Below the pieces are notes generated by a model. It did not search any database and was not told the DNA's origin. It saw only the letters and a list, made by a program, of their open reading frames with translations. The translations under genes and the position numbers were made by a program. Source: Ectothiorhodospiraceae bacterium (GTDB taxonomy: Bacteria > Pseudomonadota > Gammaproteobacteria > GCA-002705445 > GCA-002716945). From it: a DNA stretch of 64,000 nucleotides. Each line of letters begins with the position of its first letter. Position 1 is the first letter of the stretch. The stretch spans positions 4,992 to 68,991 of the forward strand of contig BOXR01000005.1 of the NCBI GenBank assembly GCA_019651095.1, in the 5' to 3' direction. This document shows, piece by piece, positions 45,916 to 56,938 of the stretch.

Positions 45916-46266
45916 TTAGTCAGTTGTGCAATCCATTGTAAGAGCTTCTGTGGCTCTTGTTGGAATCACATTCATGATAAAGTTATGAGAATCAAACTTC
46001 ACTAGCAAGTCAGGTGCAACTAGTTCTATAGAATCTTTAGTTCTTTTGACAACTGCTAGATTCATGTTATTCAATTTCTCGTTATCTTTTTCCAGATCAA
46101 GTATAAAAACTATGCGTTTCTCATAGTTATAGCATGTAAGTTTATCTGTCATTGTTCTACCATCAGATGCGTATGTAGTTGATACAAAAAAAGGTAGTAC
46201 AATCGCGGATAATTTTTTAAGGGAAAGCATGTATTTTACTATTGCATGTATTGAGACTTTACACAA
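45916..46266 (-). CDS. Hypothetical secreted/lipo-protein.
   Basis: 116 aa with an N-terminal hydrophobic signal. No motif. Confidence 0.3.
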   Translation of the reverse strand: MCKVSIHAIVKYMLSLKKLSAIVLPFFVSTTYASDGRTMTDKLTCYNYEKRIVFILDLEKDNEKLNNMNLAVVKRTKDSIELVAPDLLVKFDSHNFIMNVIPTRATEALTMDCTTD

Positions 46267-46275
46267 TTTATTTTA

Positions 46276-47610
46276 CTAGTTTCCACCAATGGTCATGTCT
46301 TTTATCAAAACTGATCCACAGTTAATTTTTGAATTTCCATAAAAATCACACCCAATCTCATCGATATTTTTGAACATGTCCAACATATTAGAGGCAATGG
46401 TGAAATTTGTTACTGGATGAGATATTTTACCTTTTTCTATGAGATACCCAAAAGCACCTCGTGAATAGTCACCTGTGAGAAGATTAGCTCCAGATCCCAT
46501 CATCTCAGTGATCAAAACTCCGCTATCTATTGATTCAATTAGATTCTCACTCATTGGTTTTGATGATCTAATCTGTATATTAGAATAACCGCTGTTTGCA
46601 GTAGATTTAAGATTTAATTGTTTTGCAGAGTAGGTGTCTAGTAAGTAAGTATCCAACACGCCATCACTGATAATCTGTTTAGAATATGTTTTTACACCCT
46701 CAGCATCAAAAGGCCTTGTTCCTAAACCCTCCTCAACTATCGGGATTTCAGAAATATTAATATGATCTGAAAATATTTTTTCACCAAGACGTTCAATTAG
46801 GAAACTATTTTTTTTATATATATTATTTCCATTAATCGCTGATAAAAAAGAAGAAAAAAGTCCTACAGATAATTCAGGTGTCAAAATGACAGGACATTTT
46901 TGTGTTGAAATAGACTTTGCGCCAAGTCTTGAAATAGCTTTTTCAGCACTTAATTCGCCTATGATTTTAGCGCTGTCAGTTTTTTCGAAATTTCTTCGTG
47001 TTGAGTAAGCATAATCTCTCTCTTTCAAACCATTATCCTCAGCGATCACAACACAAGACAGTGTATAACTAGTAGATGAATAAGATCCAACAGCACCATG
47101 AGAATTAAGAATTAAATTGTTAGATTGAGAATAAGCATACTCTGATCCTTCACTATTCTTGATTTTATTATCGTAATCTAAAGCTGATTTTTCACATTCA
47201 ACAGTCATATCTATAAGCTCGTCAGTCGTGAATTGCTTTGGAAAGTTGATATCACAATCTATATTCAGCTCATTGATTAGATTCTCACATGGTAGTCCTT
47301 GATAATCATCTGGCTCTAAAAATGAGGCAATTGTCTCACTTTTTTTGATTGTAGAATCTATGCTCTCTCCCGAGAGGTTATTTGTACTTGCAACTCCCTT
47401 TTTCTTTCCATCAATGCAAGTCACTGTCAAAGATTCGTCATTATGATATTGGATATTCTCTAGATCACCGAAGCGAGATGTAACATCAGTGCCACTTGCA
47501 GAATTAAAATGGAATTCATACTCTTTGTTCTTATCGAGACAATCGATTATATTTTTTAGTCTAAGTGATATATCTCCGAAATTTTCGGACATACTATACC
47601 TCTGTCCCAC
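46276..47610 (-). CDS. pmbA: Metalloprotease PmbA (TldE).
   Basis: PmbA/TldD family, 444 aa. Directly downstream of tldD. Confidence 0.8.
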   Translation of the reverse strand: MGQRYSMSENFGDISLRLKNIIDCLDKNKEYEFHFNSASGTDVTSRFGDLENIQYHNDESLTVTCIDGKKKGVASTNNLSGESIDSTIKKSETIASFLEPDDYQGLPCENLINELNIDCDINFPKQFTTDELIDMTVECEKSALDYDNKIKNSEGSEYAYSQSNNLILNSHGAVGSYSSTSYTLSCVVIAEDNGLKERDYAYSTRRNFEKTDSAKIIGELSAEKAISRLGAKSISTQKCPVILTPELSVGLFSSFLSAINGNNIYKKNSFLIERLGEKIFSDHINISEIPIVEEGLGTRPFDAEGVKTYSKQIISDGVLDTYLLDTYSAKQLNLKSTANSGYSNIQIRSSKPMSENLIESIDSGVLITEMMGSGANLLTGDYSRGAFGYLIEKGKISHPVTNFTIASNMLDMFKNIDEIGCDFYGNSKINCGSVLIKDMTIGGN

Positions 47611-49024
47611 CTACAGTAATATCATCAATCTTAAGTGTAGGTTGGCCTACACCGACAGGTACGCTCTGACCTTCTTTACCACAGGTGCCTACTCCATCAT
47701 CTAATTTCATATCATCTGCTACCATGGATACTTTTTTCAAAACATCAGGCCCATTACCTATCAAAGTCATTCCTTTTATTGAGTTGGTGACTTTACCTGA
47801 CTCTATTTTATAAGCCTCTGACGCAGTGAAAACAAATTGCCCGCTGGTAATATCAACCTGACCTCCTGAAAAATTGACTGCATAAATGCCGTCTTTCACA
47901 CTATCAATAATTTCATCTGCAGTGGATGACCCGCCTAGCATATAAGTATTGGTCATCCTGGGCATAGGTAAATGAGCATAACTCTCTCTTCTACCGTTAC
48001 CTGTTGGCTCCACATTCATTAATTTAGCATTCATCAAATCTTGCATGTATCCTTTGAGGATTCCGTTTTCTATAAGAATATTTTTTGCTGTCGGAGTGCC
48101 CTCATCATCTACTGATAGAGACCCTCTCCTATTATCAATAGTTCCATCATCGATTACTGTACATAACTCAGACGCAACCTGTTTTCCAATTTGATCCGAG
48201 AAGTTCGAAGTTTTTTTTCTATTAAAGTCTCCTTCAAGACCATGACCGACCGCCTCATGGAGAAGTACACCCGGCCAACCAGAACCCAAAACAACTGTTG
48301 TATTACCGGCTTTGCAGGGTACAGAATCAAGATTGACGTTGGCGATTCTGATTGCTTCATCTGCTAACTCGAAAGGCTTGTTTGTGCCAAGTATTGTACT
48401 ATAAGAGTACCTTCCACCTCCACCTGCACTTCCGCGTTCAACACGATCATTTGATTTCAAGATTACCATAACATTAAATCGAACTAGCGGCCTGTCATCA
48501 AAGCAATATTTTCCAAGAGAGTTTGCGACAAATACTGAATCATGACTAGAGCTCAGGTTTATAATGACTTGTTGAACTCTTTTATCTTTTTTCTTGATGT
48601 AATTGTCAACTTCTCGCAAGAAATCTACTTTTTCTTTGTCGCTAATTGATGTGAGTGGTGATTCAGAGATACAGAGTTTTTTAAAGTCGTTGCATTCTTT
48701 AAGATTAATCTTTCTGTCTTGATTCGATTTTACAATTGATTTGGATAATTTCGCTGCTTCAATGATTTTTTCAAAGTCAAAATTATTACCATATGAAAAA
48801 CCCGTCTTTTCATTGCTTATAGCCCTTATACCATAACCGCTGTCAATCTGTTGAGAGCCATTTTTTACAATACCATCTTCACAAGTCCAACTTTCAACTG
48901 TTGTATATTGGATATAAACATCAGAGAGATCTATAGCTGATCCTGATGCCTCAGAAACTATGGCTTCAATTTGATCAGAGCCAAGTTTGTTTTCTGGAAA
49001 AATGTAATCTTTGACAATATTCAT
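47594..49024 (-). CDS. tldD: Metalloprotease TldD.
   Basis: 476 aa. 'HEAVGHGLEGDF' metal-binding motif. Confidence 0.85.
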   Translation of the reverse strand: MNIVKDYIFPENKLGSDQIEAIVSEASGSAIDLSDVYIQYTTVESWTCEDGIVKNGSQQIDSGYGIRAISNEKTGFSYGNNFDFEKIIEAAKLSKSIVKSNQDRKINLKECNDFKKLCISESPLTSISDKEKVDFLREVDNYIKKKDKRVQQVIINLSSSHDSVFVANSLGKYCFDDRPLVRFNVMVILKSNDRVERGSAGGGGRYSYSTILGTNKPFELADEAIRIANVNLDSVPCKAGNTTVVLGSGWPGVLLHEAVGHGLEGDFNRKKTSNFSDQIGKQVASELCTVIDDGTIDNRRGSLSVDDEGTPTAKNILIENGILKGYMQDLMNAKLMNVEPTGNGRRESYAHLPMPRMTNTYMLGGSSTADEIIDSVKDGIYAVNFSGGQVDITSGQFVFTASEAYKIESGKVTNSIKGMTLIGNGPDVLKKVSMVADDMKLDDGVGTCGKEGQSVPVGVGQPTLKIDDITVGGTEV

Positions 49025-49842
49025 TATTTTTTAATCAATTTCATATGATCTAATACAGGGAAGTTTTCTCTGATGGATTTCAATTGTATTAAATCAATTT
49101 CACTTGATACAAATCCTTTTCCCTTCTCTAAAGTTTCAAGCGTTTTGCCCCAAGGACTTACAATCATTGTATGGCCATAGGTTTTCTTACCGTTAATATG
49201 ATAACCTCCCTGACATGAGGTTACAACATATGATAAGTTTTCAATTGCACGAGCTTTAACTAGTGTCTCCCAATGCACTTTACCTGTTTGTTCTGTAAAT
49301 GATGCTGGCAGAATTATTACTTCGATCTTTTTTTCTTGTTGTAGTCTGAATAATTCAGGAAAGCGCAGATCATAACAACATGCTATCCCGGCACGACCAA
49401 TTGGTGTATCAATCACTTCTATAAAATCACCTGGCATAAAATATTTAGACTCATTGTAAGACTCCTTTGATTTGGGAAGTGTAACATCAAAAAGGTGGAT
49501 TTTATTATATAGTGAAACCCTTTCGCCTTTGTGGTTATAAGTAATAGTACATGCCATTACTCTCTCTTTGTCATCAGATTTAATTGGTATGGTCCCGGCG
49601 ACTATCCAAATTTTGTAAGTACTAGCTAATTTAGATATATTGTTTTGAATCGGACCATCATCAAGTTTTTCAGAATTCTTAATGTAATCATTATCATTTT
49701 CTGGCATGAGCGCAAAATTCTCTGGAAGAACAACCATTTTTGAATCAGTATCTGAAATTTGCTCAACATAGGTCTTAACATCATATAAATTCACTTTGAT
49801 GTTAGGGCCAGAATTTAACTGTATTGCAGATACTTTAGACAT
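49024..49842 (-). CDS. Carbon-nitrogen hydrolase family protein (nitrilase/omega-amidase-like).
   Basis: E-K-C triad context ('LPENF', 'YNKIHLFD', 'ACCYDLRFPE'). 272 aa. Confidence 0.75.
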   Translation of the reverse strand: MSKVSAIQLNSGPNIKVNLYDVKTYVEQISDTDSKMVVLPENFALMPENDNDYIKNSEKLDDGPIQNNISKLASTYKIWIVAGTIPIKSDDKERVMACTITYNHKGERVSLYNKIHLFDVTLPKSKESYNESKYFMPGDFIEVIDTPIGRAGIACCYDLRFPELFRLQQEKKIEVIILPASFTEQTGKVHWETLVKARAIENLSYVVTSCQGGYHINGKKTYGHTMIVSPWGKTLETLEKGKGFVSSEIDLIQLKSIRENFPVLDHMKLIKK

Positions 49843-49856
49843 TCACTAAGAATATA

Positions 49857-52835
49857 TTAATTGAGGATAGGTTTAAATGACTGGGTCACTCTAATTTTAG
49901 GATTTTTCCATGGACCTTTTATCGAATACTCTATTCCTGCCAGTTTATTGGTATCAAGACCAAACTCTTTAAGAAGTCTATCATAAAAAATTGAAGCGGC
50001 AGCGCCAATCGGTCCTCCCAAAACAGCACCAGTAACTAAGCTGGTAGATGATAGATCAGGTATAAATATTAAAGTTTGATCATGAGTCTCATTGACCAGA
50101 TTTGATTTTCCTGAGAGTCTCATTTCACCAAAACTGCCTAGGATAATCATTTTTTTAGTGTCTGCAACTCCATTATCTAAACTCACATCTGATTTTAAAT
50201 CATCAAATCGTAGGCCTTTAGAAAAAAAGTCTGAGAAATCTAAAGAGAGTCTTTTAGGAATTGATGATATGCTGAAAAGACCTAAAACTTGTCCGATAGC
50301 TTGTGTTCCCTTGTCTAGCTCGTTAATTTGACCGTTCTTTATAGTGAAATTGAGATCGCCTGTAGCATTTGAAAATGAAAAATCCTCTAATGAGCCTTGC
50401 CATTCTGCTTTTAGTTTAGCATCTAAGTTCCCACCCTTGAGAGCACCTGGATACCCGAGTCCTGTTAGAGCTTGACCAAGGTTATCACTGCTAATATTAG
50501 CAAGAATTTCTGTCTTTTCATTTTTATCTCTGAACCACTTTCCAGAGGATTGCATCTTTAGATACAAGTTATTAAAGCTCAGCTTATCAATTGAAATATG
50601 ATCAACTTGAGGCGACAAGATGATATGTACATCATCTAGCACCGCTCTTGATGTTTTTACATGTTTAGACTTAATATCGATTTTAGGAGTTGATTCTCTT
50701 AAACCATCACTCTTTAAAAGACGTGTATCTATGAATTCAAATGATCCAATAGTAGTGTTAGTAGAGTCTTGATCATTAGGTATTTTTAAAAAACCCCTTG
50801 CTATCGGTGATGATATATTCGTATACGTGAATTCTTTATCAGTCTTAAATTTAAACTCATGTTCCTCATAATTTATAGACATCGGATATGATATCGGGGG
50901 ATGATGCTGATATCTAAAACTAAAGTTTTTTCTATCCTTGCTGTTTTTATTGAATGGCTCTATAAAATCTAGTGTCACACCACTTAGATCACTAGTAACA
51001 TAAGATGAAATCTTATTTTGAGAATAATCATAGGTCATAACTGATTTAATTTTTGATCTTCCTTCAATTGATTTCCTCATGTCAAAGTAAGTACTCAGGG
51101 CTTCAGTATCAAAAAAGCCGGTCGATGATAAAATAAACCTATGAGATGTACTGCTTGATCTTGTCATAATTCTTGATTTAAAGTTCATATCATTAACTGA
51201 AAGGTTGAAATTATCAGTACTAATAAAATTTGAGGAAGAATATAATTTTATTTTAGGAGATGAAAGATAAATATTATCGGATACATTTATATAGACATCC
51301 TCAAACAGAGATTCAGTAAAGACAACTCCTCTATGGTAATAAACTTTTATACTTCCTTTTCCATCATAATCTTCGCTGTTTGTTAGATTGTTGGTGAAAG
51401 GAGATATGAGTTTAGGTAGCTTGGAAGAAACTTTCAGCTTTATTGATGGAAGCTTTGATGTTTTATGCCCAGAAAAAGATAGATTATAATTCTGATCGTT
51501 TGAAAAATTAGAGCTACTAAAGTATATTGATTTTCCTTTAGAAATATATGATATTTTGCCCGAAACATTATTCAGTAAATTCCTATCTTCCTGGCTAATT
51601 GATAAACTATCAATATTGATCAGTCCGCTAAGTAATGTTCCATATACTCTAGCATTGATATTATTTAAGGTATATTTATCATCAAGTTGTATTAAGGAAT
51701 CTACAAGATATAGACTGAAATAATCTAGACTGCCTCGATTGTTAAGGTGCACTTGGATATTTTTGATATTGCTTGAGGCAAGCTGAGCTAATAAATCAGA
51801 CTTTTTTACACCAAATGCTGGAAGAAATTCTTTGACCACCTTATTTCCATTCTTTTTAATAAATATTTTTATGTTCTTTTTATTATCTTTACTTAGGACA
51901 ATTTTATTGTTGCTGATATTTTTATTATTAATAACATAGTTCATCCTCATCAGACTCAATGTCTCAGATTCATTATCTTTGACAAATAAGATGTCACTAT
52001 TAATATTTTCAAGAGTAAAAATAGACTTTCCAACATTCATACTTAGTCGATCGGTAGATATATTACCAGATGCTCTTATGATCTTAGTATCAAGCAGATT
52101 AAGCCACACTCTCAGTGATATCTTATTAGACTTTAAATTTTGCATTTGATTGGGCAGTATAGAATATGGAATTTTCATTGAGTTACCACTTATGAATACT
52201 TTACTCTCAACTTTGTCGTCCTTGAATTCACCTCGATAAACTAAAGTGATAGGATTAGGACTAGCTTGATGTATGAAGTTTGAGTGAATTTTAATAATAT
52301 TGTTTCTATAGCTAGCAAAAAGACTCTTAGCATTAAATAACAGCTTTTGATTACTACTTATTTCCGTTATCCGTATATCAGAATTATTTAATATTATTTC
52401 GGGTATATTCGTTTTTATAACCGGATTTGATTCAACAGAGAGATTCTTCTTATTTATGAATAATTTATTTTTACCATATCTTAGATCTAATTTTGTGTTG
52501 TTAATGACAATTTTATCAATTGATACATTTTGATTTTGAAGACTACTAAAAGTATTTATGTGTATCTGACCATTTGGTATTTCTAAAAATACTCTATCTT
52601 GCTCGTCACTCATATATATATCTTTCATTTGGACTACTGGCTCGAAGCCAATCCACTTGATACCTAATGATTTTATACTTATATCTGCATTAAATGATTT
52701 TTTTAATTCATTCTGGATTAACAATGTAATCTTTGTTTTAAGATCTTCTGAATTTTCTGAGTAGACTATAATCGCAGAGAATAAAGTAAGGAATATAATT
52801 ATTAGATTGAGAAATGCTTTTATTGCTCTAGGCAT
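49857..52835 (-). CDS. yhdP: AsmA-like YhdP-family protein (inner-membrane-anchored, envelope lipid-transport family).
   Basis: 992 aa with an N-terminal TM anchor, a repetitive beta-rich body and the C-terminal AsmA-like region 'SGKSNLVNETHDQTLIFIPD...GIEYSIKGPW'. Synteny with CN-hydrolase and tldD as for yhdP. Confidence 0.65.
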   Translation of the reverse strand: MPRAIKAFLNLIIIFLTLFSAIIVYSENSEDLKTKITLLIQNELKKSFNADISIKSLGIKWIGFEPVVQMKDIYMSDEQDRVFLEIPNGQIHINTFSSLQNQNVSIDKIVINNTKLDLRYGKNKLFINKKNLSVESNPVIKTNIPEIILNNSDIRITEISSNQKLLFNAKSLFASYRNNIIKIHSNFIHQASPNPITLVYRGEFKDDKVESKVFISGNSMKIPYSILPNQMQNLKSNKISLRVWLNLLDTKIIRASGNISTDRLSMNVGKSIFTLENINSDILFVKDNESETLSLMRMNYVINNKNISNNKIVLSKDNKKNIKIFIKKNGNKVVKEFLPAFGVKKSDLLAQLASSNIKNIQVHLNNRGSLDYFSLYLVDSLIQLDDKYTLNNINARVYGTLLSGLINIDSLSISQEDRNLLNNVSGKISYISKGKSIYFSSSNFSNDQNYNLSFSGHKTSKLPSIKLKVSSKLPKLISPFTNNLTNSEDYDGKGSIKVYYHRGVVFTESLFEDVYINVSDNIYLSSPKIKLYSSSNFISTDNFNLSVNDMNFKSRIMTRSSSTSHRFILSSTGFFDTEALSTYFDMRKSIEGRSKIKSVMTYDYSQNKISSYVTSDLSGVTLDFIEPFNKNSKDRKNFSFRYQHHPPISYPMSINYEEHEFKFKTDKEFTYTNISSPIARGFLKIPNDQDSTNTTIGSFEFIDTRLLKSDGLRESTPKIDIKSKHVKTSRAVLDDVHIILSPQVDHISIDKLSFNNLYLKMQSSGKWFRDKNEKTEILANISSDNLGQALTGLGYPGALKGGNLDAKLKAEWQGSLEDFSFSNATGDLNFTIKNGQINELDKGTQAIGQVLGLFSISSIPKRLSLDFSDFFSKGLRFDDLKSDVSLDNGVADTKKMIILGSFGEMRLSGKSNLVNETHDQTLIFIPDLSSTSLVTGAVLGGPIGAAASIFYDRLLKEFGLDTNKLAGIEYSIKGPWKNPKIRVTQSFKPILN

Positions 52836-52836
52836 A

Positions 52837-53172
52837 TTAAATCATTTGTTCATTATTCAGACTTTCGTCCCATAGTTTTTCGAGAGAATAAAATTCTCTT
52901 GCCTCAGGGTGCATGACATGTACTAAAACATCTCCAAAATCGATAAGTACCCACTCCGATTTTGAGTATCCCTCTATCCCCAAAGGTTTTATTTTAACTT
53001 TTTTAAGCTTTTTAATAATATTGTCTGAAATTGATTTGACGTGGCGAGTAGATCTTCCTGATGCTATTATCATAGTATCTGTAACAGATGATTTATTTTT
53101 TACATCAAGTGATATAATGTTCTCAGCTTTATATTCCTCAAGCAAAAGACTTATTTCTTTATCTAATATCAC
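52837..53172 (-). CDS. rsfS: Ribosomal silencing factor RsfS (Iojap).
   Basis: 111 aa. 'DVKNKSSVTDTMIIASGRSTRH' Iojap motif. Confidence 0.8.
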   Translation of the reverse strand: MILDKEISLLLEEYKAENIISLDVKNKSSVTDTMIIASGRSTRHVKSISDNIIKKLKKVKIKPLGIEGYSKSEWVLIDFGDVLVHVMHPEAREFYSLEKLWDESLNNEQMI

Positions 53173-53777
53173 TTATAAAGACCGTTTTTTTCAATGTACT
53201 CATAATTTTCCTTTGAGACAAAATTTTTAAAAGATTCATTTTGTTTTATCATCTCTCTCAATGCAGTAGCTGATATATCTGATTTATGCAGAGCTGAAAA
53301 ATGTATTTTTCCAGATTTAGTTTGATTAAACAAATTGATATTTTCTTCTATATAATTTTTCAATGTACTGATTTTATCATATCTTTCAATATTATCTCTA
53401 GAAAGAACAATAATATTAACGGATGATAAAATATCTGTGTATTTGTACCATGATGTAAAAGAACAGAAATTGTCTTCCCCCATGATGATCCTGAGTGAAC
53501 TATTTTCAAATTTTTTTTTAAAGTAACAAACAGTATCTATAGTGAAGGATATATTTTCTGATGTATTTTCGAATGTGCTTACTGTGAAAAATTCGTGGTC
53601 CTTAATAGCATTCTTTATCATGTTGACTCTGTCCGAGTAACTTGCGAAAAACCTTCTTCCTACCGGAGATTTACCCGTAGGAACAAAGATTATTTTTTTA
53701 AGGTTATAATAATCTTTAATTTTACATGGAATATCTATATGCGCTGTGTGAACAGGATCAAATGAACCAAGATACAA
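53169..53777 (-). CDS. nadD: Nicotinate-nucleotide adenylyltransferase.
   Basis: 'GSFDPVHTAH' nucleotidyltransferase motif. 202 aa. Confidence 0.8.
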   Translation of the reverse strand: MYLGSFDPVHTAHIDIPCKIKDYYNLKKIIFVPTGKSPVGRRFFASYSDRVNMIKNAIKDHEFFTVSTFENTSENISFTIDTVCYFKKKFENSSLRIIMGEDNFCSFTSWYKYTDILSSVNIIVLSRDNIERYDKISTLKNYIEENINLFNQTKSGKIHFSALHKSDISATALREMIKQNESFKNFVSKENYEYIEKNGLYK

Positions 53778-53793
53778 ACCTATGTTTTGTTCT

Positions 53794-55059
53794 TTAATTT
53801 CTTATTACTCCTCTGCTTGTGACCACATACTTCAGATTTGTCAATCCCTCAAGCCCAACTGGACCACGAGCATGAATTTTATCTGTACTGATTCCAATTT
53901 CGGCACCAAGACCATATTCAAATCCGTCTGCAAATCTCGTTGATGTGTTTACCATCACCGAGCTGGAGTCGACCTCCCTCAAAAATCTAGATTGTGATTT
54001 TTTATTCTTCGATATTATCGAATCTGTGTGTCTACTTCCGTATTTTTCAATATGATCTATTGCCTCATCAATACTATTTACAATCTTTACCGCTATGATA
54101 GGCTTTAAATATTCCTCATACCAGTCTGACTCATTTGCTAATTTTGCCTTTTGAAAAATTGCTTTTGTTTTCTTGCATCCTCTTATTTCCACGTCATGTT
54201 CAAAAAGGGCTGATAATATCTTGATGATCGAAGATTTTGAGAAATCTTTATGAATGATTAGAGATTCAGCAGCGTTACATACTCCGTACCGTTGTGTTTT
54301 TGAATTTATCGTACACTTCATAGCAACTTTAAAATCAGCTTCGCTATCGATATAAACATGACAATTGCCGTCTAAATGTTTAATGACTGGAATTTTTGAC
54401 TCAGTCGATATTTTTTTTATAAGACTTTTCCCTCCCCTTGGAATTATTACATCAACATATTGTTCTAATTTTAGAAGTTCACTTACAGCTGACCTATCAG
54501 TAGTATTGATTAACTGAACCATATTTATAGGCATTTTGCACTCACGGAGCGATTCTTTTATGATACTTGATAGAGCTAAATTAGAATTAATGGATTCGCT
54601 GCCACCTCTGAGGATAATACTATTTCCTGATTTGATTGATAACCCAGCAGCATCGATTGTAACATTTGGCCTAGATTCGTATATCATCCCTATCACGCCA
54701 ATTGGCACTCTCATTTGTTCAACCGAAATTCCACTTGGTTGAATTGTTTTGTTAATTTTTTTGAAAAGTGTATCAGGAATTGATTTTATTTTCTTAAGTC
54801 CCTCAATCATGGAAGAAATTCTTTTATCATTTATCAGTAACCTATCTATCAGTGCATCTGACATTTTATTTTTGATAGCAATCTTTACATCAAGAGAGTT
54901 TCTTTTGAAGATATGATCTTTATGATCACTAAGCTGATCTATTATGCTATTTAATATTTTATTCCTCTGAGTATTTGATAGAGTCCTAGATAGCTTAGAA
55001 GCTTCGTGAGACGCACGACAGACACCTAAAACATAATTTTTTATTTTTTGTTTAATCAT
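53794..55059 (-). CDS. proA: Gamma-glutamyl phosphate reductase.
   Basis: Aldehyde dehydrogenase fold, 421 aa. 'GLGAEIGIST' ProA C-terminus. Confidence 0.85.
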   Translation of the reverse strand: MIKQKIKNYVLGVCRASHEASKLSRTLSNTQRNKILNSIIDQLSDHKDHIFKRNSLDVKIAIKNKMSDALIDRLLINDKRISSMIEGLKKIKSIPDTLFKKINKTIQPSGISVEQMRVPIGVIGMIYESRPNVTIDAAGLSIKSGNSIILRGGSESINSNLALSSIIKESLRECKMPINMVQLINTTDRSAVSELLKLEQYVDVIIPRGGKSLIKKISTESKIPVIKHLDGNCHVYIDSEADFKVAMKCTINSKTQRYGVCNAAESLIIHKDFSKSSIIKILSALFEHDVEIRGCKKTKAIFQKAKLANESDWYEEYLKPIIAVKIVNSIDEAIDHIEKYGSRHTDSIISKNKKSQSRFLREVDSSSVMVNTSTRFADGFEYGLGAEIGISTDKIHARGPVGLEGLTNLKYVVTSRGVIRN

Positions 55060-56015
55060 TCTGCATGTTTACTCATCAAGTTATGGAATAAACTATTAAA
55101 GCTCACCCAAGGATTAGATTTTTTTGACATATATTTTGATTTTATATCAATGCTAGCAATATTTTTTAATAAAAATAAGAGTTCATCTAAAGTATATTTT
55201 TTTGACGCACTTGTATATTTTGTCATCAAAAAAGAGGGAATATATGGCTTTGACGTCGTTGGCTTTATTAATGAATAAATTTTCTCAAGCTCTTGGTTGA
55301 CCAAGAAAATAATGTATGACAGAGATGTGTCTATTTCTCTTAGATAGCTACTCACTTTGAGGAATCCGCTAGCATCTTTATTAAGCAGTGTATCAACGAG
55401 ATCATATTCAGAATATTTCGAGCTCTCAATCATGGAATTCACTTTACTGCCCATTAGGCCTTTTAAATAAATCGATTGTGAGATTGAGAGAGTATTATTT
55501 AGGTTTAAATCAATCAACTCTTTGATATAGTCTTGATTAAACTCAATATTATTAGCCTTACACTTACCAGTAACCCATCGCTCTAGCACTTGACCTTTGA
55601 GTTCATATATTTCCACCACACATGCTATGTTAGAAATATTTTTATAAAGGTTAGTTTTTTTAAATGATGCTGATTGTCTGTCTAACTTGAGGATAATTCT
55701 GTCTTCAGTATGTTGAGAAATCCATTCATCAATAAGTTTTTTCATGTTCATAGGAATTGATTTGCATACTACATTTATTACAAATAATTTCTTTTCTTCA
55801 AAAAGTGATTGTTCATGCAAATTATTCTTCAGGTTTTCTGTTTGCGTATCATCATCTATAACATAATTTACTGTTTTGAAACCTAATTTTCTGTAAAAGC
55901 TGATTATATCCCGCTCTATTTCATTGCTTATATTTCTCGGATTACCATGCACCAAAAATAATGGTATTTCTGCTGTAAGTGGGAAATTCTTAAATTTAAC
56001 ATAATCAAGTATCAT
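55056..56015 (-). CDS. holA: DNA polymerase III delta subunit.
   Basis: 319 aa. Position between proA/nadD and the leuS-lptE region, as in the canonical leuS-lptE-holA-nadD neighbourhood. Confidence 0.6.
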   Translation of the reverse strand: MILDYVKFKNFPLTAEIPLFLVHGNPRNISNEIERDIISFYRKLGFKTVNYVIDDDTQTENLKNNLHEQSLFEEKKLFVINVVCKSIPMNMKKLIDEWISQHTEDRIILKLDRQSASFKKTNLYKNISNIACVVEIYELKGQVLERWVTGKCKANNIEFNQDYIKELIDLNLNNTLSISQSIYLKGLMGSKVNSMIESSKYSEYDLVDTLLNKDASGFLKVSSYLREIDTSLSYIIFLVNQELEKIYSLIKPTTSKPYIPSFLMTKYTSASKKYTLDELLFLLKNIASIDIKSKYMSKKSNPWVSFNSLFHNLMSKHAE

Positions 56016-56041
56016 GATTTAAATTATACTATATATAACAG

Positions 56042-56927
56042 ATGAAGAGCGCTAAAAAAAACAAGGTTGGATTTATTGGTTTGGGCATTATGGGAAAGCC
56101 AATGGTCATAAACTTAATTAAAAATGACATTGAGGTTTATTTCTATGCGAGGAAGAAACGAATAATAGATGAAATATCAAAGATTGGAGGCAAGTTTATT
56201 CCAAATCCTAGTGATATTTCAAAATTCACAAAAATCATCCTGACGAACCTCCCAAATACAAAAGATGTCGAAAATATTGTCATTGGTAAAAATGGAATTA
56301 TCAACATCTACAAACGGCTCTATTGTAATAGACATGAGTACAATATCACCTGAAGGCACAAGATATATAAATGATAAATTACGAGAAAGAAAATCCTATC
56401 TCCTTGATGCTCCTGTATCTGGTGGTGAAGCCGGCGCAAAATCTGGGAAATTATCAATTATGGTTGGCGGGGATAAATCAGCTTATCTCAAAATTAAATT
56501 TATTCTGTCGGTTCTTGGCAGCAAAATAACATATTTAGGTAAAAGTGGATCAGGTCAAATTTGCAAAGCTTGTAATCAAATCCTGGTGGCGAAAACTATC
56601 CAATCTATTAGTGAAATTATCACTATTGCAAAGAAGTCAGATATAAATCCGATGATAATTAGAGAAGCTCTTCTCGCTGGATATGCTAATAGTAAAATTT
56701 TAGAGGTTCATGGAAAAAGAATGATTACGTCTGACTATAAACCTGGTTTTAAGCTATCTCTTCATCATAAAGATCTCAAAATAGCTAAAAATTTAATCAA
56801 AAACATGGGCTTAAATCTAAAAGGATTGAATCAAGTTCAAAAAGCAATGAGTTGCGCGGAAAGAGAAGGTCTGTCAGACTGCGACTCCTCTGTTATCCAC
56901 ACTATATTAGAAAAAACTTATAAATAA
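56042..56927 (+). pseudogene. NAD-binding 3-hydroxyisobutyrate / tartronate-semialdehyde dehydrogenase family, split by one frameshift near 56300.
   Basis: 'GFIGLGIMGKPM' Rossmann start in ORF 1. 'APVSGGEAGAKSGKLSIMVGG' catalytic region in ORF 2, in another frame. Confidence 0.65.
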
Positions 56928-56938
56928 TTATTAGTGTT

